A stretch of DNA of 64,000 bases from Vitrella brassicaformis CCMP3155 (lineage: Eukaryota > Protista > Chromerida): contig CDMY01000179.1 in the NCBI GenBank assembly GCA_001179505.1, positions 112,911-176,910 of the forward strand, written 5' to 3'. Below are positions 61,758-64,000 of the stretch, in pieces. A program made the position numbers and the translations under genes. The notes under the pieces were generated by a model. The model was not told the origin of the DNA and ran no database searches. It saw nothing but the letters and a program-made list of their open reading frames with translations. Each line of letters begins with the position of its first letter. Position 1 is the first letter of the stretch.

Positions 61758-61773
61758 TGCGAGCTGCGAGCTA
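61758..61773 (-). promoter_or_regulatory. Tandem TGCGAGCT cores in the divergent interval upstream of SLC6
   Basis: TGCGAGCTGCGAGCTA: two overlapping copies between ATG 61575 (minus) and ATG 61883 (plus). Confidence 0.5.
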
Positions 61774-61882
61774 GGAGGGAGTTGGAACTTTTACCCCGCT
61801 CCGACTCCCCGAGCCCCCCCTACGGCTGCGGGATATCCGCTGAGCCGCGAGTGGAACTATCAGCGAAATTGGCTGGCAAGCA

Positions 61883-64000
61883 ATGGCGTCTGGAGGAGCC
61901 GCCGCTGGCGAGAGGGGAAGATGGTCGAGTCGTGCGGCCTTCCTGCTGACGGCGATGGGCGCCGCAATAGGCCTGGGAAACCTCTGGAGGTACCCGATGC
62001 CAGATCAGTCACGCCCAGGGCGTGTGACGTAACTCTGTCTGGTTGCGGTAACTGCTGTCAATGTCAGGTTTCCTTATCTGAGTTACAGCTACGGCGGCGG
62101 AGCCTTCTTTATTCCGTACCTCGGTAGGCGAGTGAGGCAGATGGGACCCTTGCATCGGTGACCTCCTGCCGAGAGAATGTTGGGTGGTGTGTGATCAGGT
62201 GCTCTTTTCTTGATTGGCATCCCCCTGCTGACCACTGAGCTGGCCCTGGGTGAGTGACGAAGTGAGCGCAGAACCATCAGCACACCGACAGCGAGTGACC
62301 ATGTCTTCACGTGTGGTCATCTCTCTCAGGCCAAGTGTACGAAGGCGGCCACGCAGTCGCCTTCGGCATGCTCAGCAAGCGCTTCCTTGGCCTTGGCTAC
62401 GGCTCAGCGTGGGCGTGCTTCATCGTGGCGGCCTACTACAACGTGCTGCTCGCTTACGCGTGCCTCTACTTCGTCGCGTCCTTCCAGAACCCGCTGCCCT
62501 GGGCCGCCACGGCCAAGACAGCGCAGCTCTGCAAAACGGCCGGCGCGAGTGCGGCGTCGTGTGCGGCTCTGGGGACCGAGTGCATGTGGGCGGATGGGGA
62601 GTGCTCTCAGGCGCTCATTGGAAAGGTCAGCGATTCACACAGGCAGCGCACAAGCCGGGTCCACCTTGGTGCACATAATCACACTGCTTCTCTCTCTCTC
62701 TCTCTCTCTGTGGATGTGCAGGCGAATGCGTATCTGTACGAGACGGTCCTGGAGCAGAGTGAAGTGAGCGGCGGGATTGGCTGGCTGGTTCCCCATATAG
62801 CTGTGGCTGCGTTGGTCGTGTGGTTGATCTGCTACCTCTCGATGTTCAAAGGGGCATCCCAGCTCGGCCGCGTGGCCTCCGCCTTTGTGGTGCTGCCCTT
62901 TGTGCTGCTGGCCGCCCTCATCATCACGGGACTGTCGCTGCCCGGCATGGAAATGGGCGTACATCAATACATAGGTACCTTTACGAAGACAATATGTCTG
63001 TCTGTTGTCTTCGTATCGATCACGTGTGTGGCAGGTCGTTGGGACTTGTCGATATTGTCGTCGCGGCCTCAGATCTGGTCGGATGCTGTTTCCCAGATCT
63101 TTTTCAGCGTGGGTTCCGTATGGGGCATGATGACGGCATATGCGTCATACAACAAGTGAGCGAGCAGAGTGGGATGGCTGCACAGTCGATTTGGTGGTGT
63201 TCTTATGTGTTTGCAGGAAGGGCCAGAACGTGGCGCAGGACGCGCTGATAGTGTCCCTGTCGAACTCTGCGTGCTCGATCCTCGCTGGACTCGCTGCTTT
63301 CTCAATATGCGGGTGCGTCGCTAACTCACCGGCGCGAACAGGCTACTTGTACCCACTTTCCATGTGTGTCGGTCCATCTATCTGCAGGCATCTCGCCTAC
63401 GAGGCTGGCATTCCACTAAAAGAACTACCGACGGAATCGATGGGTCTGGCATTCGTCAGTTATCCGATCGGCCTGGCGCAGATTCCTGGATGGGGGGCCC
63501 GGCTGTTCAACGTCTTCTTCTTTGCCGTTCTCATTTGTCTGGGTGTTGCGTCAGCATTTTCTTTCGTGGAATGTCCGGCGACTGTTCTGCTGGTAAGTGA
63601 CCGAGGGAGTGGGAGACGCACCCGCACGCAGCTATCGGGCCACCTCTCATGTATGTCGCGGTAGGACACGTCATGGTTCGGTCGGGTGCCTCGGTGGTTG
63701 ATGGTGGGCATCTTGAGTGTGGTGGGGTACGGCCTGTCGCTCGTCTACTCGACGGACATCGGCTATCACCTCATCGACGCCAGCGACTGGTACGTCGCCA
63801 ACGTCCTCGCCCTGTCATTGGGCTTCCTCGAGTCGGTGGCCGTCGGGTGGGCCGCGAGAATCGATGTGCAGGAAGGGCACATCGGCAAGAAAGGTATGTG
63901 CGGATCGAGATGAAGATGGCAGGCATGCATTGTGTGTGTGTTTGTGTTGTCAGCTCCATGGGTGTTGATGTGTGGGTTCGTGGGAAGCATCGCCGTCGCC
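61883..64000 (+). CDS. SLC6/SNF sodium:neurotransmitter/amino-acid symporter (3'-partial)
   Basis: [79 protein letters not shown]. Confidence 0.93.

Noticed and set aside
1-64000. CRISPR arrays, rRNA/tRNA genes, telomeric repeats, autonomous transposons
   Set aside because: No regularly spaced repeat-spacer units, no recognisable structural RNA, no TTAGGG-type arrays and no transposase/RT/integrase motifs seen by eye.

Overview
Intron-rich, GC-rich eukaryotic genomic DNA with dense CA/GT, GACA and GGAT microsatellites and two 300-N assembly gaps. Most consistent with a photosynthetic chromerid alveolate (Vitrella-like; inferred from bipartite plastid presequences, a TSP1 adhesin, a RAP-like protein and gene style). 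Recognisable spliced genes: TSP1/Ig-like type-I membrane protein (5'-partial), PDK/BCKDK-family kinase, NIT1-type nitrilase, DUF192-like protein, FKBP PPIase, BTB+TLDc protein, S18-family mitoribosomal protein, DXR, CK1-like kinase and an SLC6 transporter (3'-partial), plus several hypothetical genes. Two structures stand out. (1) From about 8.9 to 25 kb lies a decayed, partly duplicated array in which a 21-nt motif (consensus ATCGCTGCCTACATTTTATAT) recurs 7 times, upstream of different modules (pseudokinase, frameshifted P-loop NTPase, Pro-rich ORFs), with a HIT-motif fragment nearby. (2) From 28 to 64 kb there are six head-to-head gene pairs, and each short divergent interval carries the same core TGCGAGCT/AGCTCGCA (three carry the full 12-mer GCTAAGCTCGCA), a candidate bidirectional-promoter element. 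All gene models were spliced by eye; no database searches were run.
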